From positions 7,688,001 to 7,752,000 of the forward strand of contig NC_091479.1 of assembly GCF_036971445.1 (NCBI RefSeq): a stretch of DNA of 64,000 nucleotides. The letters are read 5' to 3'. This document shows, piece after piece, positions 24,754 to 37,330 of the stretch. The stretch's first letter is position 1. Every line of letters starts with the position of its first letter. The notes below the pieces were generated by a model, which was not told where the DNA came from, made no database searches, and saw only the letters and a program-made list of their open reading frames with translations. The DNA comes from Narcine bancroftii. Taxonomy: Eukaryota. Both the position numbers and the translations under genes were made by a program.

Positions 24754-26388
24754 GTAAGAGTTTGGACAAAACAATTATTAAATTAAGCATTGTGCAGATT
24801 TAGAAAATCCCAGGTTTCAGTTTGAGGTCTGGGCACGTCAACTAATCTCACCCCAAACACTTGAGCTTCTTGATGGAAACTTAGCTCATAGACTGTCACC
24901 ATCATGTTGCTGGAACACTGCCTGTAGCTTTCAGGAAACCTAGAAATAAGTCTCAGAGCAGAAATCCCTCAACAGCCCCACCTGCTTTTTTGATGATTTT
25001 TGCTTCATTTTTGAAGCTGACTCACCCAGTGATTGGAGATGTCCTGAAGTGGTTAGGTTTTCTTTCAATCTGCAGGAAGGCAGTTGGGGGCTTTATGGCT
25101 TTAGGTTTGGCAGTGCATTTGAAACATTAGCTTTGATCCCACAACTACAGTCGTCACAGAAGCAGCAGTAGATTAGTGAACAAGCAGAAGGTTGGTTGCC
25201 ATGGTTTAAATTTAGACATGCAGCATGGTAAAGGGCCCTTTTGAACCTCGAGCCCATTTTGAATGATGGCAGGAAACTAGAGCCTCTGGGGAAAACCCAC
25301 GCTGACTTGAGGAGAACGTACAAAATCCTTAAAAACATCACAGGACTCATACCCCGGTTGCAATCGCTGGCACTACAATAGCGTTGTGCTAACTGCGCCG
25401 CCTCTTGGGTAGACACAAATGGTATTTACATTTGGCAATTTTACCTGTTGTATTCACTGGCAGATTTATGTTCATTTGCTGGAATACAACCTGTCAGCCT
25501 TTGTAGAGACTGAAACATGAAAGTCTAATTGTAGTAAAAACACAGAAATGCTGGAGGAACTCAGCCGCTCTGGCAGCATCCACAGGAGGTGAAGAAATAT
25601 TACCAATGTTTCGGGCCTGAGCCCTTCTTCAAGGTGTGAGTAAAAAGCAGGCAGGCATCTGAATTAAGAAAGGTGGGGGGGAGGAGGAGCATAGACCAAC
25701 AGACAAAAGGTATTAATCGGATTGGGATAGGAAGATAGGTGAGAGGAAAGGTGAGAATTAACTGTTGGGGGGGGGGGGGGGTTCGGCTCTGTAAATGCTA
25801 AAAACACATTTGTATAAAAGGAAAACTAAAATTAAGACAAAAGGTGCACTGTCATACAGAATGGTACATGGTTGTTTTGTAGGCACGATATACCTTCAAC
25901 AGCATAAATCCTCCCAAGAGCTTCGAAAATGTATTCACTATTGAAATGAAAAGGAGCTGTATTTCCGGAGCATTTGTATCCAATTACATAGAACATTACA
26001 GCACAATACAGGCCCTTTGGACCTCAAAGTTGTGATGACCTATATATTTCAACCCAAAAAAAAAGAATTACTTCTGCTATGTTTTGATGCAGGAATTTCA
26101 GTAGCCAAGTTGCACACAGCAACTTTCGACAAATGGCAAAACAATAACACCCAGGAAATCTGTTTTTAATCATTGTTGATTAAATTATTGCCGAGCTGGT
26201 GATAATGATGAATTGGAGAGTGTGGATGGACCTTGATTTAAAATCTTTTCAGATGGATGAATCGTGAGAAAAATCCATTTGCACAATGAGCTTTCTCTCC
26301 TGCATGCACTTGTACCTTCATGTAGTTTGGTAGAAACAGCGGTGGATTAATATGACCAGACTAAGGAATCGTCCACTTTTCCTTTCAG

Positions 26389-26456
26389 AGATTGTTAACG
26401 CAGATAAAGGTGAAGGCAGACGGCACAAATACAAGATCATATTCACTCCTCAGAAG
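26389..26456 (+). CDS. VPS33B: VPS33B exon 5
   Basis: IVNADKGEGRRHKYKIIFTPQK; AAG|gtgagc. Confidence 0.93.
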
Positions 26457-26969
26457 GTGAGCAGGCAGGACCTCAGCTCTTTGGACTGAAGTGGGTTGGA
26501 ACAGAGAGTGGCTTGATTGGAAACAAAATACATGTACGGATTGAGGTTGGGTTACATTACCTGCAGGTCGTGACTCCGTGGGAGCAGGAATTTGAAAGCA
26601 TTACTGTATTGCCTTTTCCATCCACAGGATGTCCCAAGGAAATTGAGAGTGAACGAAGTATTTCTGAAACTAGCCAATTTACCCACAGCAGTGTCCCTTT
26701 AGAGCAGTGAGATAATAAGCAGTGAGATTAATTTGATTTCATGATCTTGATAGAGGAAATTACATCAAACATTCTTGAAATGTGGCCATTCATTTTACTC
26801 CAAGAATAGGGAGTTTAAGTAACAGCACACCAGATTATCCCAGCGGTAGCCAGGAGATGCCGAGCAACACCCACAATTGGGGAATGAATTTTTAAAAATG
26901 CCTGAAAGGAATTGGTTCCAGTAATAGTGTCCAGTGTTTAAAACTGTAACCCACGTCCATGTTTTTCAG

Positions 26970-27015
26970 TTCTACATGTGTGAGACAGTGCTGGAAGAGG
27001 AGGGCATCTTCGGAG
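26970..27015 (+). CDS. VPS33B: VPS33B exon 6
   Basis: FYMCETVLEEEGIFG; G|gtgagt. Confidence 0.93.
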
Positions 27016-28574
27016 GTGAGTGCTGCTGGTTTCTTGAGAATTGCAGTCATGTAGAGTAGGGGAATTGAGGGTTATGGGGAAAGGACAAGTGGCGGAAGCC
27101 AAGTCTGCAGCCAGATCAGCCATGATTACTGGGATCACTAGGAGGCTGTGGACCATCAGAGGGGGTGACACCAAAATGACTGTCTATAAAAGTTTTGTGA
27201 GGTGTTTCGGCAGAAATTTATAAAAATATCCCTGTCGTTAGTTATAACAACAAAAACATTTTATGTAAGCCCAGCTCACATGTATTAATATACCTACAAG
27301 GCTAAAACTCTCTGCTAGTTTACTTTTTGACCTTCTAATGCGCTCTGGTCAGAGCTGTCATTATTACCCGATTACAGTGAGGCTTTGAATCATTTGGTTT
27401 CGCCTGCATGTAGCTACAGGCAAGCGATGTGGTTTTCATCGCTGCTGGTGTTTTTATAGTCGCTGCTTTTGCCAAATTTTCTGGTGTTTTAGCTACAATG
27501 TTGTGGTCACTAGTTATTTGTGAATCGACATCAATAACCTTTTTTGAGAATGAAGTCGTCAATTAAAGGAAAAGAAGGAGAAAAATCAAAAAAGACCTCT
27601 CAGTTAGTAATAATGTGGTTCAATGTAGAAATATTTTACAAAACAATTTTGTTGTTAGGATTCATATAATCTAAGAAATATTACATTTAAGCAATTTACC
27701 ACATATTTTATATTTTTACAACTGTTTTTTTCAAATATTGCTAATTTGGGGAGTGGAGGTGACACCATGAGTGTCTGGGTGACACAACCCTAGTGATGCC
27801 ACTGGCCATGATCTTACTAAACGGTGGAGCAGCTTGACAACCAGAGAGCCAATTCCTGCCCCTCTTTCTTATGTTCTCTCGGCCAAGTGGGAAATAAATT
27901 TCTGGTTTTATATCAACTTTTGCTGTATTGAACAGGTGATAGAGGCAATATCTTTTACGTGGGATGCGAAACCAAGGCCGGGTTTGGCAAGTTGCTAGTT
28001 ATTAGAATTGGACGAATCAGATGGTGTTTTAACTGATCCAAAGTGTATAAATGAATAGTGAATTGCACAAAATTGCTGGGGAACCTCAGCAAAAGCCTGA
28101 ATAAAATGGTGGGTCAACGGGGAGGAGGAGCATAGGGTCACAGGCGGATATGGGAGGGAGGCTAGAAGATTAAAAAAAAAGCTGATAAGTGATGGGAGGA
28201 GAGGATAACTCTCTGAATGGAGAGAGAAGGGGGTGGAGAGCGGAAGGAAAGGAGACAGAGGGATGGGGGAGACAGGGGAGTGGGCTTGTAGAAACCAAAG
28301 AAGTCGATGTTAATGCTATCTGGATGGGGAGTGCCCCGAGGCAAAATTAAGTGTTTCACATCTAATTTTTCCTCATTTATAATGTCACCCACTGCCTGTG
28401 CTGGGAAGTGCACATACAATGTAATGTTTGAAAAGGCAGATTCGGGTTGCAGGATTAAATGTGCAACTGGAAAATTGTGATGTGAATTACATCTGCAGCT
28501 CTTGCCCTGACATCCTGCTTTATTGGCAGCCTTTAATTTGTGTGCAAAATTGCGTCTGTTCAGGGGTGGAATTC

Positions 28575-29265
28575 AAGTAAAAACACACAGAAGTGCTGGA
28601 GGAACTCAGCCGGTCTTGCAGTGTCCACAGGAATAAAGATGTATTGCCAACTTTTTGGGCCTGAGCCCTTCTTCAAGAAATAAGTAAAGAACAGGAAAGC
28701 GTTAGAATAAAGACAGTGCTGGCTGGGGGAGGAGTGCAGACCAACAAAGGGTGTTAATTGGATTTGATAAGAGGAGTGGTGAGAATTGAGTCTGGCTCTG
28801 TGAAAAGAGACAGGAAAAGGGAGAGATAGAGAGGCAAAGCGGGGGAAAGGTGACAGGAGAAGAAGTGTTGGTGGGTGGAGGGGTTATCAAAAGCCAGAGA
28901 AGTCAATGTTAGTACCACCCGGCTAGAGGGTGTCCAGACGGAGATGAGGTGTTGTTTCTCTAATTTGCGGTGGTCTCAGTCTGGCAGTGCATGAAACAAT
29001 GGACAGACGTGTCAGCAAGGGAACGGGATGGGGAATTGAAATGGGTAGCCACTGGGAGAACCACGCTGTTACGGCAGACAGAGCCAAGGTGCTCAACAAT
29101 CAAAGCTCTCAAAGATGTATTGCTGAAGTTACGGGCCTGAGCCCTTCTTCAAGGAATAAGCAAAAAACAGAATAGTGCAGGCTGGGGGAGGAGTCCAGAA
29201 CAACAAAAGGTGTGTTCATTCCGTTATGTTTTTACTACAACCACAGCGTCTGGAGACTTTTGAAG
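28575..29265 (-). mobile_element. Penelope-like remnant: tandem pLTRs, GIY-YIG fragment and inverted tail
   Basis: GGGCCTGAGCCCTTCTTCAAG direct repeat at ~28657 and ~29133; GIY-YIG-like remnant ~28900-29100; short inverted tail ~29225-29262. Confidence 0.65.
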
Positions 29266-29360
29266 GATGGAATTGAAGAAGAGGTTTGGCTCAGGACTTG
29301 GAAACAATCTACAGTTGATATTTTAAAAACTTTCTTCATCAGCTTGTGCTTGTTTTGCAG

Positions 29361-29455
29361 ATGTGACTTTTGATGAGTGGGATTTTTATCTACTCCCCTT
29401 GGACAACGACCTCATCAGCATGGAGTTGCCTGAGTTTTTTCGCGACTATTTTTTG
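29361..29455 (+). CDS. VPS33B: VPS33B exon 7
   Basis: [31 protein letters not shown]. Confidence 0.95.
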
Positions 29456-29952
29456 GTGAGCAATGTGTTTGTGTTCGTGGCCTTTCAGATCATTCCAACA
29501 AAGTTCTGTCTCCATTGTTTATCTTTGCACAACGCCTTTAAAACTGAAACATCCAATGGTGTTGCCAGATTGGATTTGGTGCCCCACAGGGAAGGGCACC
29601 TTGCTCTTTCAGCCACGCTGTCTGGAATGGCCTGGTGAGATTTTAAATTTTAATTTAGGGTTCCAGCATGGTAACAGGCTCTTCTGGCCCACGAGGTCGT
29701 ACTGCTCAATAAACCTGAAAACCCCATACATTTCTGGAGGGTGGGAGGAAACCATAGCACCAGGAAGGAACCTTTTGCAGGTTACAGGGAGAATGTACAA
29801 AATCCTTACAGACGGTGGCAGATTAAAATAACTTTAAGGAAGCTTTTTTCCGGGCAGTGAAGGACAGAGAACATATGGCATGTTGATTGATGAGCTTGGT
29901 GCTCCTCTGTGATGTGAATCTGACATTTCTGATGCACTCTGTGTGCTCGCAG

Positions 29953-30057
29953 GAGGGGGATCATCGATGGTTGTGTACGGTGGCAAAAGCTCTGCAGTTG
30001 CTGCACTCGCTGTTTGGACCGTTCTCCAAGACCTACGGGATTGGTCGATGTGCAAAG
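29953..30057 (+). CDS. VPS33B: VPS33B exon 8
   Basis: [35 protein letters not shown]. Confidence 0.95.
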
Positions 30058-31103
30058 GTGATGTAACATGAAATTAGAATGAATTTTTGCCCTGGATTCC
30101 AGCATCTGCGTGTGTGTGATCTGGATCACCTGTAGAACCATTGTACAAAGGATATGTTAAAATGGAATCACTGTACATGTTGGTGTACAAGATGACGTTG
30201 TATAGAGTGACCCCTGAATTTCCACCTAAAATGTTGATTTTTGAGTGATGCTCTTTGTATAAGCCGACGCCCCCCACGCTCAGCAAAATCTAACAGGACA
30301 TGCTCAAGATTGCGTTGGTGCCAGTGGGAAGATCGCAGTGGAGTGTGGAGTTGAGACTTCGTTTTCAAGGTTCAGATTTTAGACACTTTTGATTTTACAG
30401 AGACATTTTTAAATTTCAAGGATCATCCTATACACTGGCATGTATGGTACATAAGACTGATATGTGCTTGTGAAGTTCAATGGGGCTTGTTCATTGCTGG
30501 TTGTTTTAGTCGTCAGTCAGGTAGTATTCGAGTTTCAGATAAAATATTACAGTCCAATCAACAACAAAATCTCAGGACATCAGGATTAAACCGGTACCGA
30601 AGAATCAATTTAAATTTTGCGCTTGAGTCTTTAAAATGGGCCATGACATCGTTCCCTTCTGATTACAAGTTGATGACATTGAATGCAGATTTTTTTTTAA
30701 CCTGCATATCCATAGCCAGTACAGAATGTACAAATAAAATGTGTTGCAGATGAGGACTTTCCATTATTGAGGTTTATATGACTTGTGTGTACAGGTTCAC
30801 ACATACTCCATGCTGAAGTCAGTTAACCTCCGAGGTAACATAGAAACTGTACCACACTGCTGTGAAAGTTGTGTGAATTTCCATCAAAGTGAAAAGGGAG
30901 CTTTGCTTTGCATCTGACCATGTTTAGAAGGATATGATCAGGAAGCTTTATGCAGAGAGACCTACGCTGCCCCTATCTTGGTATTGCTTTGGGATAGTAT
31001 AGAGGAAGCATAGGTAATGTGGCACCGTCCTTGGAGTTTTTGAGGATTGTTCATTTTGATGAGCACAAATTCTTCCCAAAAATAGAAGGGGTGGCGATGG
31101 CTT

Positions 31104-31701
31104 CACTGGACAACAATATTTTTCAAAAGGTTTGCTTCATGAAAAGAAATTGGGGATTATGATAGACAACTTCAAGCTGAATACAAAGATAATTTCAGAT
31201 TTGCTGCAACACGTAGGATGTTGGAGAAGCATTGATTTAGCCTTTATTGAATTTAGCCTGTTTAATCACATGGTGACGCTGACACGTTGCGTTAGATTAA
31301 CTAACATAAAAAAAATTTTGCTGCTGGTTTTTGTTTGTACTCAGCATCTGATGCCCCTCATGTCAGTGTCCAACAATAGTCGACCAGCATTGATGGATTC
31401 CAGTTGCCCTGATCCCGATTTTCCAGGGTCGCAATGTCCTGGTGAAACCTTGCACCGTGTTTGTCACTGACGGCACCGAGATCAGCAGGGAAGACATCCA
31501 AGTGGGAATGCAGAAAATCAATGTTCAATGACACGTTTTTGTATGCTTGAAGTAGACTTAAAATATGACAGGAAATCACAAAAATATAGGTTGTATCCAA
31601 AAACAGTACGTGATAGGAAAATTTTAAGGTGACTTTTGTGATCAGCTGCCCCAAATCCATAAAATACACCCCAAAGTGTTCAGAATCTTTGTTGTCCAGT
31701 G
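31104..31701 (-). mobile_element. Chapaev3-like non-autonomous DNA transposon (~600 bp)
   Basis: TIRs CACTGGACAACAA / TTGTTGTCCAGTG; peptide FLHSHLDVFPADLGAVSDKHGARFHQDIA...DYCWTL; flanking 3-mers do not match. Confidence 0.7.
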
Positions 31702-31933
31702 TAATTTTACTTGTTGTTCAAGCCCTATATGCAAGGTAATTAAAATTCTTGTTCTCTTTCACGTTTCTTTCAGTGTCCTCTATTTCTGTCTCAATTACTC
31801 ACTCACAATCATCCCTTTCACTCTCCTGTCTCTTGCTTTTTTTCTTGTTTGCTCTTTCCCTCCGCTCCTTGTTTCTCATTATCCCCTCGTGCTCCTGCTT
31901 CATTTCCACACTCACTGATTATTTTTGGTTTAG

Positions 31934-32027
31934 ATGACCCGATGGCTGTGGAAGGAAATTGCGGAGGACGCGGAGAGTGAAATGAAGCAGGAGGCTGACA
32001 TTGGCCGAGTTTTCTTCATTGATCGAG
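31934..32027 (+). CDS. VPS33B: VPS33B exon 9
   Basis: MTRWLWKEIAEDAESEMKQEADIGRVFFIDR; G|gtgcag. Confidence 0.9.
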
Positions 32028-32678
32028 GTGCAGCAGCATTAAGGAAACAAGTAATGTACAAAATATAGAGGCACAAACCACAGATGCTGGAATCAAACTG
32101 CTGAGGAAATCAATGGGTTAAGCAGCATCGATGAGAGAGAAGGGATAATCAGTGTTTTGTGTCAAGGCCATGCGTCAGGACTGAGACTACAAGGGGGAGA
32201 TGGCCAGTATCAAGAGGAGAGAGGGAAAGGTGAAGCAGGAGTTGGCAAACAATGGGTGGATCAAGTTGAGAGTTGATGAAGGATGGGGAGGTGAGAGATA
32301 GAGACACAGGCTGAAGGTGACGAGGGGGGGGGGGGGGGGCCAGATAAGAGAGGGATGATAAGCAGATGGAGCCAGATAGGGGAGATGTTAAAATGCCTAG
32401 GTGGAAGGTTTAGGTGATAGGGGAATGAAATTGGTTGACAGGTGAGTGGTGGGAGAAGCAGAAGGAGAGAGAAAGGAAGACAGGGAATGTGGGTTTCCTG
32501 AATTTGCAAAATTCACTCTTCATCTCATAAGGTTGTAGGGATGAATATTAGGTGTTGTTCTTCTACCTTGGGCTTGAGCCCTTCATCATGGGTATAATGC
32601 AATTCCTGCTGTAAATAGAAGTATGTGAAGCTCCATTAACAAGGATGACCTTGTGTTTAAAGATGGTTTTCTTTGCAG

Positions 32679-32756
32679 ATGTAGATTACGTCACCCCAAT
32701 GTGCTCACAAGTTGTATATGAGGGACTAGTGGATGATGTATTCCGGATTAAATGCG
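32679..32756 (+). CDS. VPS33B: VPS33B exon 10
   Basis: [25 protein letters not shown]. Confidence 0.95.
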
Positions 32757-34328
32757 GTGAGTGACTCTCCTATATCCTCTGTGGTGTTCCATTGTTAGCT
32801 GTGGGTCAACTGAAGATGGGAAGATTCTGACCTTTCCACACAATGAATAATGCGGGCAAAGAAGGATTGCGAGTTCAGTGGGTTAGAGATGAAGTGTTGT
32901 GGAAGAAATGTAATGAAGAATTGACCTTGTCATTTGTGAAAGTTTGTGCTGCATGTTTGATATTGACATTAACATAGTTGGTGAACAGTTCATTTTAATA
33001 CAGCATCTGTTCAGTGAGACATTATTTAGTTAAACCTTCACTGTAATTAAGGGCACTAACAGTGGTTGTTGATGCATTCTTCTTCAAGTTACGTAGAAAT
33101 TAAGTTGTGGCCTTAACTGTAGTCAAGGGCATTATCGTTTGTTAGTGACACTCTTTCAATTTAGATAAAACTAAGATTTTAATATTAAAAAATTGTAGTA
33201 AATGTCTTGATGTAGTCTTCAACAGGTTTATTCCAAGATGTGGTCCTATTTTAGGTAACAGCTAGTCTCTGTAGAAATATACTTGCTTGTAGAAGTAGAT
33301 TTTGGAGTTGGTTAGCACTCGAAACTGCTGCCTGCTCTCCCATGATACATCATGTGGAATAAATTCTGTGAGACAACACACAAGGCCTCCGATCCGTTAA
33401 TTTCGTTGACAACTGCCACCAGTGAAAGCACACAGTGACCTTTGGGAATACAATATATGGATGTGCATGTGTGGAAGAAATGAGCCAAGAAGATGGAGGA
33501 GGAGGAGGAGGAGAAATGTCCTTCACCTTTCCCTCTGAGGCGAGAGTATCCCACCAGGAAGTCTATCTGTCCTTCGAAGCTTTACTCTCAGTTCTTTGAC
33601 ATTGTCAGAAGATTCAAAGGACAACAATGTCCTTTTTGTCCTGAAAACACTCCATTAAACGATGACCAAATCATATGGTTCAGTGGTGTTAGCTGAAGAA
33701 TCAAAACCATAAAGCCATAGGACATAGAAGCACTCAATCATGAGCTGATCCATTTTCCCACTGCCCGGCCTTCTCCCCATAACCTTTGATGCCCTGGCTA
33801 ATCATAAACCTTGCAATCTATGCCTTTAATACACCCAATGATCTGGCCTCCATAATTGCCTCTGGCGACAAATTCCACAGTTTTACCACCCTCTAGCTGA
33901 AGAATTTCCTACACATCTCTGTTCTAAGTGGACCCCTTCAATCCTGAAGTTGTGTCTTCTTGTCCTTGACTCTCCCACCATGCGAAACAACCTTTCTACA
34001 TCTACTTGTCTGTGTCTTTTAACATTCAAAATATTTCAATGAGATTTCCCCCCCCTCATTCTCCTAAATTCCACTGAGTGCAGGCCAAGAGATGTAAAAC
34101 ACTCCTTGAATGATAACCCTTTCAATTTTGGAATCATCTCCTTTGAACCCTCTCCAACTACAGCACCTCATTTTTAAAACGAGGCAGGGTTTCAGTTTAA
34201 CATCTTGCCCAAATTTGATGTCTATGACTGAGCGGCCCTCTATCTGTCAGATGGTTGTTGGTTTGAGTACTCACTGTACCAGGAGCAGCTGAATGGTCTG
34301 ATAAAGCTTGCCACACTGACACTTGCAA

Positions 34329-34915
34329 ATCATGATGGGGATGTTGGTGAACAGAGAGTCTGTGTGTTCCTAGAAGGACCATGGCTAGATCATGATGGGG
34401 TAGTTGGTGAACAGAGTTCGTGTGTTCCCAGGAGGACCATGGCTAGATCATGGTGGGGTAGTTGGTGAACAGAGTTCGTGTGTTCCTAGGAGGACCATGG
34501 CTAGATCATGATGGGAATGTTGGTGAACAGAGAGTCCGTGTGTTCCCAGGAGGACCATGGCTAGATCATGTTGGGGATGTTGGTGAACAGAGAGTCCGTC
34601 TGTTCCTAGAAGGACCATGGCTAGATCATGTTGGGGATGTTGGTGAACAGAGAGTCCGTCTGTTCCTAGAAGGACCATGGCTAGATCATGATGGGGTAGT
34701 TGGTGAACAGAGAGTCGGTGTGTTCTCAGGAGGACCATGGCTAGATCATGATGGGAATGTTGGTGAACAGAGAGTCCGTGTGTTCCCAGGAGGACCATGG
34801 CTAGATCATGTTGGGGATGTTGGTGAACAAAGTCAGTGTGTTCCCAGGAGGACCATGGCTAGATCATGATGGGGTACTTGGTGAACAGAGTCAGTGTGTT
34901 CCCAGTTGGACCACA
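34329..34915. repeat. 58-60-bp minisatellite, ~10 copies
   Basis: ATCATGATGGGGATGTTGGTGAACAGAGAGTCCGTGTGTTCCCAGGAGGACCATGGCTAG-type units. Confidence 0.95.
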
Positions 34916-34964
34916 GCCAGAATCCTAGTTGACTGAACTGGAACCTTTTCTTCTTGAATTTCAG

Positions 34965-35038
34965 GGAGTGTAGACTTTGGCTCCGAAGTAACATCATCGG
35001 ATAAAAGTGTGAAGGTATTGCTGAACTCTCAGGACAAG
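34965..35038 (+). CDS. VPS33B: VPS33B exon 11
   Basis: [24 protein letters not shown]. Confidence 0.95.
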
Positions 35039-35314
35039 GTGAGAACACAAGAGAGAAAGCTTTCTACAGTCATGAAGCTAACACAGCTGCTATAGACTTT
35101 ATAACGCTACAGACATTTGATGAAGAAACTCTCGTGGCTTTTTCCCTCTGAATTAAATCCAGTTTATGGTTCATTGTTCACTCGGTCACCACAGAAATGT
35201 CCAAAGTAGAGGTGTCAACACTGTCCTCTGTGATTGCTTCCCTGCTGGTTTTGTCTCAGTTAAATTTTATCAGTACCGATGTTTAGAAAGGAGTGTTCAT
35301 GTGGTTAATATCAC

Positions 35315-36530
35315 TGAGAACATAGAACACTACAGGACAGTACAGGCCCTTTGGTCTTCAATGTTGTGCCGATCCATATATTCCTTTTTTAAAAAAAAAA
35401 GTACTAAACCCTCCCTACACTGTAACCATCTATTTTTATTCCAACCATGTGCCTGTCTCAAGTCTCTTAAATGCCCCTAATGTTTCACCCTCCATCATGC
35501 ACTCTGTGGAAAAAACTTACCTCTGACGTCTCCCCTAAACTTCCCTCCCTTCACTTTGTACATATGTCTTCTGGTGTTTGCTGATCCTGCCCTGGAAAAC
35601 AGTGCTGGCCGTCCACCCTATCTGCCTCTCATAATCTTGTAAACCTCCATTGCCTCCTCTTATCCTTCTATCCTTCTACGCTCCAAAGAAAAAGTTCCAG
35701 CTCTGCTAACCTTGCCTCATAAGACTTATTTTGCAATCCAGGTAACATCCTGGTAAATCTCCTCTGCACCCTCTCCATAGCTTCCACATCCTTCCTGTAA
35801 TGAGGTGACCAAAACTGATCAGAGATTTATAGAGTTGCCACATGACCTCTCTACTCTTGAACTTAATTCCCCTATTAATGAAGCCCAGCATCCTCTAAGC
35901 CTTCTTAACTATCCTATCATTCTGTGCAGTGACCTTGAGGGTTGTATGGATTTGGACCCCAAGGTCCCTCTGTTCATCCACGCTCTTAAGTAAATGACCA
36001 TTAACCCCGTACTCAGCCTTCTGATTTGTCCTTCCTAAATGCATCATCTTGCACTTATCTGGATTGAACTCCATCTGCCACTTTTCTGCCCAACTCTTCA
36101 TCTTGTCTAGATCGTCTTGTAACTTTAACAATCTTCAACTACATCCACAACTCCTCCAACCTTCGTATCTTCTGCAAATTTATAGACCCATCCTTCCACC
36201 TCTTCATCCAGGTCATTTATAAAAATCACTAAGAACAGGGGACCAAAACAGATCCTTGCAGTGCTCCACTAGTCACTGACCTCTTGGCAGAATACTTTCC
36301 TTCCATTATCACACTCTGCTTTCTACCTGCAAGCCAAATTTTTTTTATCCACACAGCCAAGGCTGGATGGATCCCACATCTCATGACTTTCTGAATGAGT
36401 CTCTCATGAGATGCCGTCAAATGTCTTACTAAAATCCAAGTAGAGCCCATCTACTGCTCTACCCTCATCAATTTCTTTTGTTACCTCCTCAAAAAACAAT
36501 ATGACTCATAGACACGACCTTCCTTTCACA
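35315..36530 (-). mobile_element. CR1 LINE RT fragment
   Basis: LQDDLDKMKSWAEKWQMEFNPDKCKMMHLG, MLGFINRGIKFKSREV and SGALQGSVL motifs, frameshifted. Confidence 0.85.
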
Positions 36531-37243
36531 AATTCTGATTTGTATCGCAATATTTCATGGAATGCACAAAAGTATCTCTCAAAGACAGACAGGCTTTTTA
36601 AATATGGTGTCACATTTTTGTCCTTGTTTTTTACCCTCTGGTGAATGGAGATGGGTGAAAGTGGGGGTGGCAAAGGGATCCAGGTTATAGTTATGCTCTG
36701 TGCAAGGTACTTTTTGACAGAGCCAAGACTACTGTTTTGTTAGTTTAAAAATGTCCTTGCGAATTTGCAGTCCTCAAAAGTGATCTGCAGTATTTGATGC
36801 TTCGGTGAGGATTGTCTTTTTTTTTTTTGAAGACTGGCTGGCCTTTTCATGAGGCCAGTCCCATCAATTGATTCCTTCCTCACAACCATCCCTCTTTGGA
36901 AAGTAGATCAGCCTTTTTCAACAGGAGCCATAAAGCCCCCCTCCAGGCCACAGCATATTTAAGAAGGCTCACAGGTCGAAATAATTTTTAAATGTAGTTA
37001 TATATGCAAAACTTGTGGAAAAAACCAACTAACGACTGCTTCACAAGGAAAGGGGCTCATAAACATTGAGCAGAGTCCTAAGTTGGCCGTAGCTACAACA
37101 AAGTTAAGAACAGCTGCTCTTGTATCCACATCCACCCTCTGCTTTGGCAATCTCTCCAAAAACAGTGACTTTGGGGTCAGTATGATCAGCGGACAATGGT
37201 TTTTTTTGAACATATTTTCAATCCTTGAATCTTTTATTTGCAG

Positions 37244-37330
37244 GTTTTCAAAGAGATTCGGAATGAACATTTCACTAATGTCTTTGGGTTCTTAAGTCAG
37301 AAAGCAAGAAAGCTCCAGAAGGAATACGAT
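37244..37330 (+). CDS. VPS33B: VPS33B exon 12
   Basis: [29 protein letters not shown]. Confidence 0.95.

Noticed and set aside
34329-34915. Possible CRISPR array or repeat-protein ORFs
   Set aside because: Units are contiguous tandem copies with no unique spacers; eukaryotic intron; ORFs reflect the 60-bp period
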